This document shows, one piece after another, positions 36,281 through 45,090 of a stretch of DNA of 64,000 nucleotides. A model generated the notes under the pieces. The model was not told where the DNA came from. It saw only the letters and a program-made list of their open reading frames with translations, and ran no database searches. Position 1 is the stretch's first letter. Every line of letters begins with the position of its first letter. The stretch comes from Planctomycetota bacterium (GTDB taxonomy: Bacteria; Planctomycetota; UBA8108; SXIK01), in assembly GCA_965223845.1 (NCBI GenBank), contig CBDCXR010000004.1, positions 1,376,001 to 1,440,000 on the forward strand, in the 5' to 3' direction. Made by a program: the position numbers and the translations under genes.

Positions 36281-38560
36281 TCACGCGCAGGCGGCGTGCT
36301 CTTCGCAAACGAGGTCGTCCGGAGTGGGATCCTCGCCACACTCCGTCGACGGAGGCGGCAGCGCCGGTCCGTCCCCGAAGAGGAAGTTGAAGATGTAGAG
36401 CGCGTCCGCGATGTTCGTGGCCCCGTCGTCGTTGGCATCGGCGCTCTTCGAACAGCCGAACTGCCCAGACGTCCCAAACAGAATCTCGAGGACCGCGACG
36501 CCATCGGCGATGTTGAGCGTGCCGTCCGCGTTCGGATCACCGCGGCGAAACGTAGGCTCGTTCATTTGCGCCGGCGAGAGCTCGATGTTCGAAACTCGCG
36601 CCCGAACGCTCGAGAACGACTGGTCTCGTTCGTCGCCGGACCCACCCGCCGCGACTCCGACCAAGATCGTGTCGGGGAAGTCGAGGGAGACCCGATCGAT
36701 CTCCGCCCACCGCTCTCCGTCGAACGAACTGAGTCCGATGAACTCATTCCCCTCCCGCCGGATTTGGACCCACGTGTCGGGCAGCCGCGCGAAGTCCCCT
36801 TTCGTCCTGGTCGATTCCCCGCTCGTTTCCTCGCGACGGAGGAATCGAAATCCGCCCACGATCCTGCGGGGGTCGAGAAGAACGCCGACGAAGCGAGCAC
36901 CCGAGTCGAGATTCTCGCGCAGAATCACCCCTGCCGTCGCTTCCACGGATCCGCCCTCGACGGCCCGAACCCGGGCGGTGAGAGCCACATCTCCCGAAAG
37001 CTCTCGATAGACGAAGTGAAATCCGTCCGATACCTCCGAGCGTGAGAGTCCGGCGCCCCCCGCGCAGAGGACGAGTTCCCGCGAGTCGTCGGCTTCCTCG
37101 AAATTCGACGATCCCGCGATCAAGGGAGCTCCCACGTCCCCGGAGGTCCACGGCGCGACCCCGTGTGACGTCGGCGGGCACCCGACAATTGCCCACGCGA
37201 ACGCCGACGAACACCGGTCGTTCGCGTCCGTCGCAGAGAGTGACACCAAGTGTCGGCCGGCCTCGTCGAAGCTGCGAGTGATCGTAGCCGCGCCCTTTTC
37301 GAGACCGTCGCCGAAATCCCACTGGTACTCGACGATCGGGGCGTCGTTGTCGGGATCGATGCCCGTGGCCTCGAACGTGACCTCCTCGCCCACCAAGGGG
37401 CGCTCCGGGCTCATCGTGATCTCGATGCTAGCTCCCGGACGCAGGACGTACGCGGCCTCCGCTCTCCTGGATCCCGCGACGATCGTCCCTCCAGCGACGG
37501 CGACCGTGCGCGCGAAATCGTCGTTCTGATTCTGGTCGGTCGGTGTGTGCTTTCCGACGAGCCTCCATTCGTCTCCGAGGTAGTGGTAGCTATACACCGT
37601 GCCGAACCCGCTCCCGGACTCGAACTCCGAGTGAGCCATCTCGCCGATCGCAATACGGTTCCCCTGCACAGATACACTCCCACCGAACCGGTTTGCAGAT
37701 ACGATTTCGGGAGCGGTCAAGGTCTGCTCCTCGACCCACTCTTCCGCGTTCGGGTCGAAACGAAAGACGTACGCACGTCGGCACGGCGAAGACGGGCGGG
37801 CGAAATCGGGCGCGCTTCCGACGACAATGACGTCGCCGTCGATAGCGAGGCCGGCTCCGAACACTTCACACTCGTCCGAGGGGCGGAGTGCGTCTTCGAC
37901 GACCCAGCTCGCCGTATCGTTCTCCACTCGGCGACGCATCACCACCGCCGTTCCCGGGCTCCACGCTCCCGTGACCGCTCGATCGCCGTCGAGGACGACG
38001 TTCCATCCGAACAAGGTGGGAACCCATCCGCGGATTTCGGGGAGCTGGATCTCGTCTTCCTTGATCCACCCACCTTCGGCACGACGAAAGAAATGGACGG
38101 TATCAGTTTCGAGCTCGGTCACGGCCGCGAGCTCTCCGCTGAGCGCGGAGTACTGCCCGTAGCTCGGCTGCGTGCCTCCGGCCAGTGTCCCTTCCACGGA
38201 CCAGTCGTCACTCATCTCGCTCCGGCGCCAAACGACCGGACGGGTTTCCCTCCCCCCGACGAGGATGCGATCACCGCTCAGGGAAATGGGCCCCGTAAAG
38301 TTGTTGTCTCGCGGAAGACTTGCGGACTCGATCCACTCTTCGCCACGGCGGTCGAACACGAACGTGGCAAAATCGCTGAGAACGACGAGCGTGTCATCGT
38401 CGATCGCCACGTGCGTACCGAAATCTCGCGACGCGCCGGCCGGGCTCACGCGGTCGAAGCACTCGAGTTGTCCGTACCCGGGCGCGCTGAGGAGGACACT
38501 CCCTAGCAGCGTAGCGCCCACGATCAGGTGACCCGACGTTCGTGAATCTTTTGCTCGCAT
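36281..38560 (-). CDS. Secreted protein: FG-GAP-type propeller, PKD, ConA-like beta-sandwich and dockerin-like domain
   Basis: FGTHVAIDDD, FGAGLAIDGD and FGGSVSVQGN blades; YQWDFGDG; DGFHFVYRELSGD...AGVILRE; FRRGDPNADG; ATG at 38560 after GGAGG. Confidence 0.85.
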   Translation of the reverse strand: MRAKDSRTSGHLIVGATLLGSVLLSAPGYGQLECFDRVSPAGASRDFGTHVAIDDDTLVVLSDFATFVFDRRGEEWIESASLPRDNNFTGPISLSGDRILVGGRETRPVVWRRSEMSDDWSVEGTLAGGTQPSYGQYSALSGELAAVTELETDTVHFFRRAEGGWIKEDEIQLPEIRGWVPTLFGWNVVLDGDRAVTGAWSPGTAVVMRRRVENDTASWVVEDALRPSDECEVFGAGLAIDGDVIVVGSAPDFARPSSPCRRAYVFRFDPNAEEWVEEQTLTAPEIVSANRFGGSVSVQGNRIAIGEMAHSEFESGSGFGTVYSYHYLGDEWRLVGKHTPTDQNQNDDFARTVAVAGGTIVAGSRRAEAAYVLRPGASIEITMSPERPLVGEEVTFEATGIDPDNDAPIVEYQWDFGDGLEKGAATITRSFDEAGRHLVSLSATDANDRCSSAFAWAIVGCPPTSHGVAPWTSGDVGAPLIAGSSNFEEADDSRELVLCAGGAGLSRSEVSDGFHFVYRELSGDVALTARVRAVEGGSVEATAGVILRENLDSGARFVGVLLDPRRIVGGFRFLRREETSGESTRTKGDFARLPDTWVQIRREGNEFIGLSSFDGERWAEIDRVSLDFPDTILVGVAAGGSGDERDQSFSSVRARVSNIELSPAQMNEPTFRRGDPNADGTLNIADGVAVLEILFGTSGQFGCSKSADANDDGATNIADALYIFNFLFGDGPALPPPSTECGEDPTPDDLVCEEHAACA

Positions 38561-38618
38561 GCGCGTCCTCCCGTTCTCCCTTGTCTCCGAAGCGGTGCGC
38601 TCCTCTATCCCCAACGAA

Positions 38619-38643
38619 ATGCGCAATTCGACCGATCTGTGAC
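38619..38643 (-). promoter_or_regulatory. Candidate ECF-type promoter for the dockerin-protein genes
   Basis: Minus-strand GTCACA-gatcggtcgaattgc-GCAT, the same boxes and 15-nt spacing as the copy at 38716-38740. Confidence 0.6.
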
Positions 38644-38715
38644 GAGAAATCTCAAACTCTCGCCCCCCTCGGATCGAACGAGAGCCCGATCTCCCCTCGA
38701 GAGGCCGATCTCGCT

Positions 38716-38740
38716 GTCACACTTCGGCGGATTTCGGCAT
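38716..38740 (+). promoter_or_regulatory. Candidate autoregulatory ECF-type promoter of the sigma/kinase operon
   Basis: GTCACA-cttcggcggatttcg-GCAT, ending 33 nt before the sigma ATG. Confidence 0.6.
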
Positions 38741-38773
38741 CATCGACGGAGGTTGCACTGAATCGAGGTCAAC

Positions 38774-39397
38774 ATGACGGACGCGAGGGAGACCTTGAGC
38801 CTGATCGAGGCAGCTCGGCGAGGCGACACTCGTGCCTACGAAAACCTCATCGAGCGCTACCGCGATCGGCTCGAGCGATCGGTGCGCTCGCGGCTCGCGA
38901 AGTTCGGTGCTAGCGCGATCCAGGCCGACGACGTTGTTCAGGAGACACTCGTCCGCGGATTCCAGGCTCTCGAGCGCTTTCGCTGGGAGGGCGACGACTC
39001 GCTCTTTCGCTGGCTGGCCGGGATCTCTCGGCGCGTCGTTCTCGCGGCTCAGCGAGAGCGCCTCCCGACATCCGATCTCGATCGAGCGAGCCAAGTCCCC
39101 GCTCGAGACGTTTCCCCGAGTCGAGCGCTTCGCCGGGAAGAGCGCTTTCTTCGTCTCAAGGCCGCTCTCCGCGGACTGAACGATCGAGACCGTGAGGTGA
39201 TCCTTCTCACGCGCATCGAGGGACTCACCACGCGGGAGGTTGCAGAGCGAACCGGCCGATCGCACGACGCGGTCCGGCAACTCCTCTCGCGAGCGCTCCG
39301 GAAGCTCCGGAGCTCGTTCGGTGACACGGAGAGTCTCGCGTTTCCGAATCGCTCGCTCGACGTCGAAGGCTGCGACTCTGAGACTGGAGCTCGATGA
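38774..39397 (+). CDS. ECF sigma factor (Ser/Thr kinase-associated type)
   Basis: Region 2 ADDVVQETLVRGF...FRWLAGI; region 4 LNDRDREVILLTRIEGLTTREVAE...VRQLLSRALRKL; ATGA overlap with the kinase. Confidence 0.92.
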   Translation: MTDARETLSLIEAARRGDTRAYENLIERYRDRLERSVRSRLAKFGASAIQADDVVQETLVRGFQALERFRWEGDDSLFRWLAGISRRVVLAAQRERLPTSDLDRASQVPARDVSPSRALRREERFLRLKAALRGLNDRDREVILLTRIEGLTTREVAERTGRSHDAVRQLLSRALRKLRSSFGDTESLAFPNRSLDVEGCDSETGAR

Positions 39398-42300
39398 CCG
39401 ATCATCCCACGGAGTTCTACCCGGAAGACGAGGACGAGATCGATCGACTCGTCGCGGACTACGTCGACCGATTCAATCTCGGCGAGACGCTGACCGCGGA
39501 CCAAATCGTTGAGGAACACCCTCGCCTCGCGCCCGCGGTGATCACCCAACTCGCGACCTTTCTCGGCATCGACGGCGCAAACGAGTCGACCCATCTGCTG
39601 CGCGAAGTCGGCGACTTCAAACTGATCCGCCGCGTCGGAAGCGGCGGCATGGGAGTCGTCTACGAAGCGTGGGAAGAGTCTCTCGAGCGTAAAGTCGCCG
39701 TCAAATTGCTCCCGCCCGGCGCCGCGGCCAATGGGACGGTGTTCCGGCGCTTTCGCCGCGAAGCCCGAGCCGCCGGCCGACTCCACCACCAGAACATCGT
39801 TTCGGTCTACGCGATGGGGATCTCGCAAGGAACTCCCTACTATTCCATGGAGTTCGTGGAAGGCGAGACGCTCGCGGGGATTCTCACTCGACTCGGCGTT
39901 CCGGGCGATGCGCCACAAAGTTCGCCACCGAATCGGAGCGCAATGCTTGAAATCGTCGACTCTTTCCCACGGACGGCGGAGACCGCGCCCGCAGATCTCG
40001 ATTCGGCCAGCGATGCTGCCATCCGCGCCCATTTCGGACGCACCGTCGCGTCGGCGTTCGCCGAGGTGGCACGCGGGCTCCAGCACGCGCACGAATTCGG
40101 CATCGTTCACCGCGACATCAAGCCTTCCAACCTGATCCTCGAACGAAAAGTGTCTGCGGGTGACTCTCAGGGCGGACTGCGCATTCTCGACTTCGGTCTC
40201 GCGAGACTCGAGGGCGACGAAAGCCTAACCGTCGATGGTGCGTTTCTCGGGACGCCTCGGTACATGAGTCCCGAGCAGGCCCGAGCCGCAACCGGGCACG
40301 AAGTCGAGGTCGATCGACGCTCGGACGTGTACTCCCTCGGACTCTGCCTCTACGAGATGCTCTCGTTTCGCCACCCGTTTGGTCGGAGCGCGGGCCCGCG
40401 ACTCTACCGAGACGCGATCGAACGCGAGCCACCGTCTCTGGGTGCCGTCGTGCATCGCGACCTCGACGCGATCGTGGCTAAGTGTCTGCGCAAGGACCCT
40501 CGAGATCGCTACGCTTCCGCGGAGGCCCTCGCCCAAGACCTCGATCGATTCGTCCGGTGTCAGCCGATCGAGGCGAAGCCGCTACCGAAATGGCGACGCG
40601 GGATCCGCCGATTGTGGGTGGCCCGTCGGCGCCTCGCCGGCGTTGTCACGCTCATCGTCCTCGCTGCGGTCGGAGGCGCGGGCGTTATCCAGCTCCTTCA
40701 GCCCGCGGGAACGGTACGCACGCGTGTTTGGGAAGGAGACTCCCTCACCGGGTCCACCGAGATTTCGCACGACGGGCGGCGACTCGTCGCCGTCGACTGG
40801 ACCGATGGAAATCTCGTTGTTCGCGATCTCGAAACCGGATCCGATTGGACCGCGGTGACGGACAACGAGAACTGGGCGACTCTCACTCATTACGCCAACA
40901 GTCCGATCATCTCGCCCGACGGCACTCGGATTTGCTTTTGGTGGGAGCCGGTCCGTGACGGGCCGGGAGAGCTTCGAGTGGTTGACCTGGACGGCGAAGC
41001 TGAGAACGACGCCGCGCCGCGACGGATCGATCCGGGCGACGCGGTGTATTACCCGCGCGACTGGTCGGCGGACGGATCTCAAGTCTTACTCGAGCGGCAC
41101 GTCGTACCGGAGAACCGCGCCGGGGAGTCGACACTCTCGTTCGGTTTGTACTCGGCGTCTGAAGAATGGCGGTGCGACTTTGAGTGGAGAGCCACCGCTC
41201 ACACCTACGTGGGTGCCGCCCGACTCTCGCCCGACGGTGCCTGGGTCTTTCTTACGCGCGAGGAAGAAGCATCGCCCGGGCGACGCGACCTGGTCGCAGT
41301 CCACGTTCCGACGAAAGAGGTAGTTCCGGTTCTCGAAGGACGCAGCGACGACCGTTTGTCTGACATATCTCAGGATGGCCGGCACATCGTTTTCATCAGC
41401 GATCGCGGCGGGCAGAGCGGTCTTTGGACCGCGGAGTTCGAAGCCGGACAGCTCGTCGGCGAACCCCGGTGCGTCGAAGCGACATTCTTAGGGCGAAGCG
41501 TCGGCGTCACCGCTGACGGCGCTCTCTACTACTCGGAGAGCCTAGGCGGTTCCGACCTTCTCTTTGGCGAACTCGATGCGAGTTTCGAACTCCGAATGAC
41601 GGGCGTGAGACCGGGTTCTCATCGGTTCCGACGCCGCGTTTTTCAGCCGGCGTGGTCGCCCGACGGAGGGCGAGTCGCGTACCGAGTGGGTCAAATCGGG
41701 CGACTTGGACCCTGGAGTCGAGGCCCCTGGGAATTCATGTTGCTCGACGTGAAGACTCAGGTCGAAGAGTCGGTCCAGCCGATTCCTCCGTTTCCCCCGG
41801 TGTTTCGCGCGTCCGGCCCGCGTTGGTTAGACGATCAAACTCTAGTTTACTTGGACTTCCCGCAAACAGGTTCCGCTAGCCGCTTCTACGAAATCGACCT
41901 GGAGTCCCGGAAGCGACGCGTTGTCGCGGAGGTCGATTTGCGCATCCGCATGCACAATTTCTGTGTCGACCCCGTCCGCCGCTCGATCTGGTACTCGCAC
42001 CCAGCTATCGGGACCTTTTGTCTACCGACGGTCGAAGACTCGATTCAGAATCCCACGCTGGACCCCATCGCGATCTCGAAGCGCGCCGGAAAGTACCCTC
42101 GGCTCTCTCCGAATGGCGAGTGGCTCGCGCTCCAATCTGACGGATCCGTCCTTGTCTTTGCGGCCGACGGCAGCGACGACGAGCCGCGCGACACGTGGTC
42201 ACTCGGCGACGGTGACAATTCGAGCCATCGGATCTTTTCGTGGTGGGGGAACGAGCATCTCGTTCTTTTGACGGAAGATGAGTCCGTCTCCGCGCTCAAC

Positions 42301-42450
42301 ACGATCACGGGCGAGCGCATGAAGATCCGCGAGACCGGTACCGGAGTGAGACACTTTCTCGAGGTATCACCGGTCGACTTCAGCAAGATCGCGTTTTGCC
42401 GAGAGTTGACTCGCTTTCGTATCTCGAGACTGCACGGATTCCTGCCGTAA
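39394..42450 (+). CDS. Hanks-type Ser/Thr protein kinase with TM helix and TolB/PD40-like beta-propeller sensor
   Basis: GSGGMGVVY, VAVK, HRDIKPSN, DFGLA, GTPRYMSPEQ and SDVYSLG; TM LAGVVTLIVLAAVGG; multiple SPDG/SHDG blades. Confidence 0.93.
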   Translation: MTDHPTEFYPEDEDEIDRLVADYVDRFNLGETLTADQIVEEHPRLAPAVITQLATFLGIDGANESTHLLREVGDFKLIRRVGSGGMGVVYEAWEESLERKVAVKLLPPGAAANGTVFRRFRREARAAGRLHHQNIVSVYAMGISQGTPYYSMEFVEGETLAGILTRLGVPGDAPQSSPPNRSAMLEIVDSFPRTAETAPADLDSASDAAIRAHFGRTVASAFAEVARGLQHAHEFGIVHRDIKPSNLILERKVSAGDSQGGLRILDFGLARLEGDESLTVDGAFLGTPRYMSPEQARAATGHEVEVDRRSDVYSLGLCLYEMLSFRHPFGRSAGPRLYRDAIEREPPSLGAVVHRDLDAIVAKCLRKDPRDRYASAEALAQDLDRFVRCQPIEAKPLPKWRRGIRRLWVARRRLAGVVTLIVLAAVGGAGVIQLLQPAGTVRTRVWEGDSLTGSTEISHDGRRLVAVDWTDGNLVVRDLETGSDWTAVTDNENWATLTHYANSPIISPDGTRICFWWEPVRDGPGELRVVDLDGEAENDAAPRRIDPGDAVYYPRDWSADGSQVLLERHVVPENRAGESTLSFGLYSASEEWRCDFEWRATAHTYVGAARLSPDGAWVFLTREEEASPGRRDLVAVHVPTKEVVPVLEGRSDDRLSDISQDGRHIVFISDRGGQSGLWTAEFEAGQLVGEPRCVEATFLGRSVGVTADGALYYSESLGGSDLLFGELDASFELRMTGVRPGSHRFRRRVFQPAWSPDGGRVAYRVGQIGRLGPWSRGPWEFMLLDVKTQVEESVQPIPPFPPVFRASGPRWLDDQTLVYLDFPQTGSASRFYEIDLESRKRRVVAEVDLRIRMHNFCVDPVRRSIWYSHPAIGTFCLPTVEDSIQNPTLDPIAISKRAGKYPRLSPNGEWLALQSDGSVLVFAADGSDDEPRDTWSLGDGDNSSHRIFSWWGNEHLVLLTEDESVSALNTITGERMKIRETGTGVRHFLEVSPVDFSKIAFCRELTRFRISRLHGFLP

Positions 42451-42470
42451 ATGGGACCGCGCGGCGGCCG

Positions 42471-43289
42471 CTACGAAGAGGTCTTCTCTTCTTCCTCCGC
42501 GGCGCCCTCGAGCTTGCGCAGGGCCAACGGTGACATTTGCCCGGCTGGCAGCAGCACGCCGGCGCTCATCGTGAAGCGCAGCGCCTCGTCGACGGAAAGG
42601 TCGAGGGGGATGATGTCCGCCTTGGGGACGACGATCGTGTAGCCGGTCACCGGCGTCGGGCTCGACGGAATGAAGATCGCGACGACAGGCGAGCCAGCCT
42701 GATTCTCGATGTCGTTGAAGCCCTCGTTCGTGACGAAGCCCACGCTGTAGACGCCGTGCCGCGGGTACTCAATGGCGACGGCCTTCCCGTAGTCCATGGG
42801 GCGGCGGCCCTCGAAGAAGAACTCCGTGACTTGTTTGGCGTAGGGGTAGATCACTTTGATGATCGGGATCCGTTGGATCCACGACTCCAGGAGCCGCAGG
42901 ATCTGCCGGCCCACGTACCCCTTGAAGATGAAGCCGATGATCAGGATCAGAACGACCGCGATAACCAGCCCGAGCCAGAAGGGCACGTGGGCCTCGACGC
43001 GAACGCTGAAGGCCAGCATGTCTTCGGGGGTCGCGGGGTACCCCGGCGGAGCGATCGGGTCCTCCGACAGCTGCCACTCCGGCAAGTTCCAGAGACCCTG
43101 CCAGTAGTACTCCTGCGCGAGCTCGGTGCGCAGGACGAAGCGGAGTCCCTCGTTGATGCGGCCCGCCACGTACTCGTTGAGCACGTTCCAGCAAAAGACG
43201 AGCACGCCGATCGTGAGGATCGTCGGGAGGAGGGCGGCCAGTCCGGCGAAGAACGCCCGCTTGTATTTTTGGCGGAGGGTTTGGGCCAT
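42471..43289 (-). CDS. DUF502 domain membrane protein
   Basis: FFAGLAALLPTILTI, RIPIIKVIY, IEYPRHGVYSVGFVT and FIPSSPTPVTG. Confidence 0.88.
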   Translation of the reverse strand: MAQTLRQKYKRAFFAGLAALLPTILTIGVLVFCWNVLNEYVAGRINEGLRFVLRTELAQEYYWQGLWNLPEWQLSEDPIAPPGYPATPEDMLAFSVRVEAHVPFWLGLVIAVVLILIIGFIFKGYVGRQILRLLESWIQRIPIIKVIYPYAKQVTEFFFEGRRPMDYGKAVAIEYPRHGVYSVGFVTNEGFNDIENQAGSPVVAIFIPSSPTPVTGYTIVVPKADIIPLDLSVDEALRFTMSAGVLLPAGQMSPLALRKLEGAAEEEEKTSS

Positions 43290-43458
43290 TGCCTTCGTCC
43301 CGGTAGATTCGCGGATCCGGATTGTCCGAGGCGTCGCGCCTCAGGTAAAGAGAGCCGTTCCGCCAGCCCAATCATCGGTGAGGCGGGCGGGACACTGCAC
43401 GTCTAACAGCGCCCGACGGGCCGCCGGAGGCGCCCACTGTCACGAAAGTAGACGTCCG

Positions 43459-43724
43459 ATGCGTATCCTCTCCGGTCTGACAACCTTGGGATCCCTCCAC
43501 CGCGGCAACGATTACGGTGCCGTGAGGCAGCGGATCGAGATGCAGACCGAGGGCGAGAGCTATTACTTTACCGCCAGTTTCCACGCGCTCACGACCGTCC
43601 GCGAGAAGGACCAGATGCGGGGAACGTCGCCGACGTCGCCCGCGACTACCTGGCGCTCGGGCTCGACCCGGAGCAGGCGATCCGGTGGAGTAGGAACGAC
43701 GTGCCGGAGGTGTGCGAGCTGGTG
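43459..43724 (+). pseudogene. trpS: Tryptophanyl-tRNA synthetase N-terminal fragment, frameshifted and truncated
   Basis: MRILSGLTTLGSLHRGNDYGAVRQ...YYFTASFHALTT, then a frame change at about 43621 to NVADVARDYLALGLDPEQA...DVPEVCEL. Similarity stops after that point. Confidence 0.8.
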
Positions 43725-43891
43725 TCCCGTGGGCCTCGACGGTCCGACGAGCGGGCGATCCGGTGGCTCGAGGCGAAGAGCGACGACGTCGATGCGGACA
43801 AAGCGAACGAGCTGCTCGATCGCGCCAAATCCCTTCGCGTGTATCTGCGGCGAAGCGGATTCAACGTCCAGTCACGGTTCAGTAGCAAGAA

Positions 43892-43925
43892 AAACGGACT
43901 TACGACCATGGTCGTAAGTCCGTTT
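43892..43925 (-). terminator. Perfect 34-bp palindrome just 3' of tRNA-fMet (terminator or REP-like)
   Basis: AAACGGACTTACGACCATGGTCGTAAGTCCGTTT is its own reverse complement and runs into TTTTTCTT on the minus strand. Confidence 0.7.
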
Positions 43926-43931
43926 CGTACT

Positions 43932-44008
<77 letters not shown>

Positions 44009-44040
44009 GCAGGTGTCGCACTGGCTAGTGCGAACGTCGT

Positions 44041-44068
44041 ATCATACGCGGTTCCCGCCGCGGGTCAA
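44041..44068 (-). promoter_or_regulatory. Sigma70 promoter of tRNA-fMet
   Basis: Minus-strand TTGACC-N16-TATGAT about 30 nt upstream of the tRNA. Confidence 0.65.
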
Positions 44069-44199
44069 GGACTCGCGCGCCGGGAACGAGCGCCGCTGGT
44101 ATCCCGCTCGGTTTATCGGTCGCGGCGCGTCGTCCCAACGTGTATGCCGGCGTTCGTCGTCCGACGACGCGGCCGTCTTCTCGTGACGCAGCGCCTCGA

Positions 44200-45090
44200 A
44201 TGACCACCGTTGCCCTCGTTCAGAAACCGGGAACGGAGCATCCCGACGTCGCGGTCGAGAGCGCCGTCCACGCGGTCCGATCGGCGGCCGAGCGCGAGGC
44301 GCAGGTCGTCGTCCTCCCCGAGCTCTTCCGCTCCCTCTACTTCCCGCAGCGCGAAGATCCTGCGCTCTTCGATCTCGCCGAGACGATTCCCGGTCCGACG
44401 ACGGAGACCCTCGGCGCGCTCGCGCGCGAGCTCGAGATCGTCATCGTCGGCTCGGTGTTCGAGCGCCGCACGGCCGGTCTCTATCACAACACGGCGGTCG
44501 TCTTCGACGCCGATGGACGGCTCGCGGGAGTCTATCGCAAGGCGCACATACCGCACGACCCCGGGTTCTACGAGAAGTACTACTTCACGCCGGGCGACAC
44601 ACCGATCCGCGCGATCGAGACGCGGTATCTCCGCATCGCGCCGCTCGTGTGCTGGGATCAATGGTTTCCGGAGGCCGCTCGGCTTGCCGCGCTCGACGGT
44701 GCCGAGCTCATCGCCTATCCGACCGCCATCGGCTGGGATTGCGACGCTCCCGAGTCGCTTCGGCGCGCGGAACGCGACGCGTGGCGCACCGTGCAGCGCG
44801 CGCACGCGATTACGAGCGGGGTCTTCGTCGCCGCCGTCAATCGCGTGGGGCGCGAACAGTCGCTCGAGTTTTGGGGGAGCTCTTTCGTCGCGGATCCCTT
44901 CGGCCGAGTGATCGCCGAGGCGGGCACGGACGCTGAGACGATCCTGATCGCGAACTGCGACCGAAGAGAGATCGAGGCGACACGGCGGACGTGGCCGTTT
45001 CTGCGCGATCGTCGCCCCGATCTCTACGGCTCGCTCACGCTACGATTCGGCGCGGACGAGTCGGAGGCTCGCAACGACACCGATGCCTGA
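44200..45090 (+). CDS. aguB: N-carbamoylputrescine amidase (carbon-nitrogen hydrolase)
   Basis: LPELF, YRKAHIPHDPGFYEKYYFTPGD, VCWDQWFPEAAR, YPTAIGW and WPFLRDRRPD; adjacent to agmatine deiminase. Confidence 0.9.
   Translation: MTTVALVQKPGTEHPDVAVESAVHAVRSAAEREAQVVVLPELFRSLYFPQREDPALFDLAETIPGPTTETLGALARELEIVIVGSVFERRTAGLYHNTAVVFDADGRLAGVYRKAHIPHDPGFYEKYYFTPGDTPIRAIETRYLRIAPLVCWDQWFPEAARLAALDGAELIAYPTAIGWDCDAPESLRRAERDAWRTVQRAHAITSGVFVAAVNRVGREQSLEFWGSSFVADPFGRVIAEAGTDAETILIANCDRREIEATRRTWPFLRDRRPDLYGSLTLRFGADESEARNDTDA

Noticed and set aside
43892-43925. Palindrome as a CRISPR repeat
   Set aside because: It is a single copy with no spacers, and there are no cas genes in the window.
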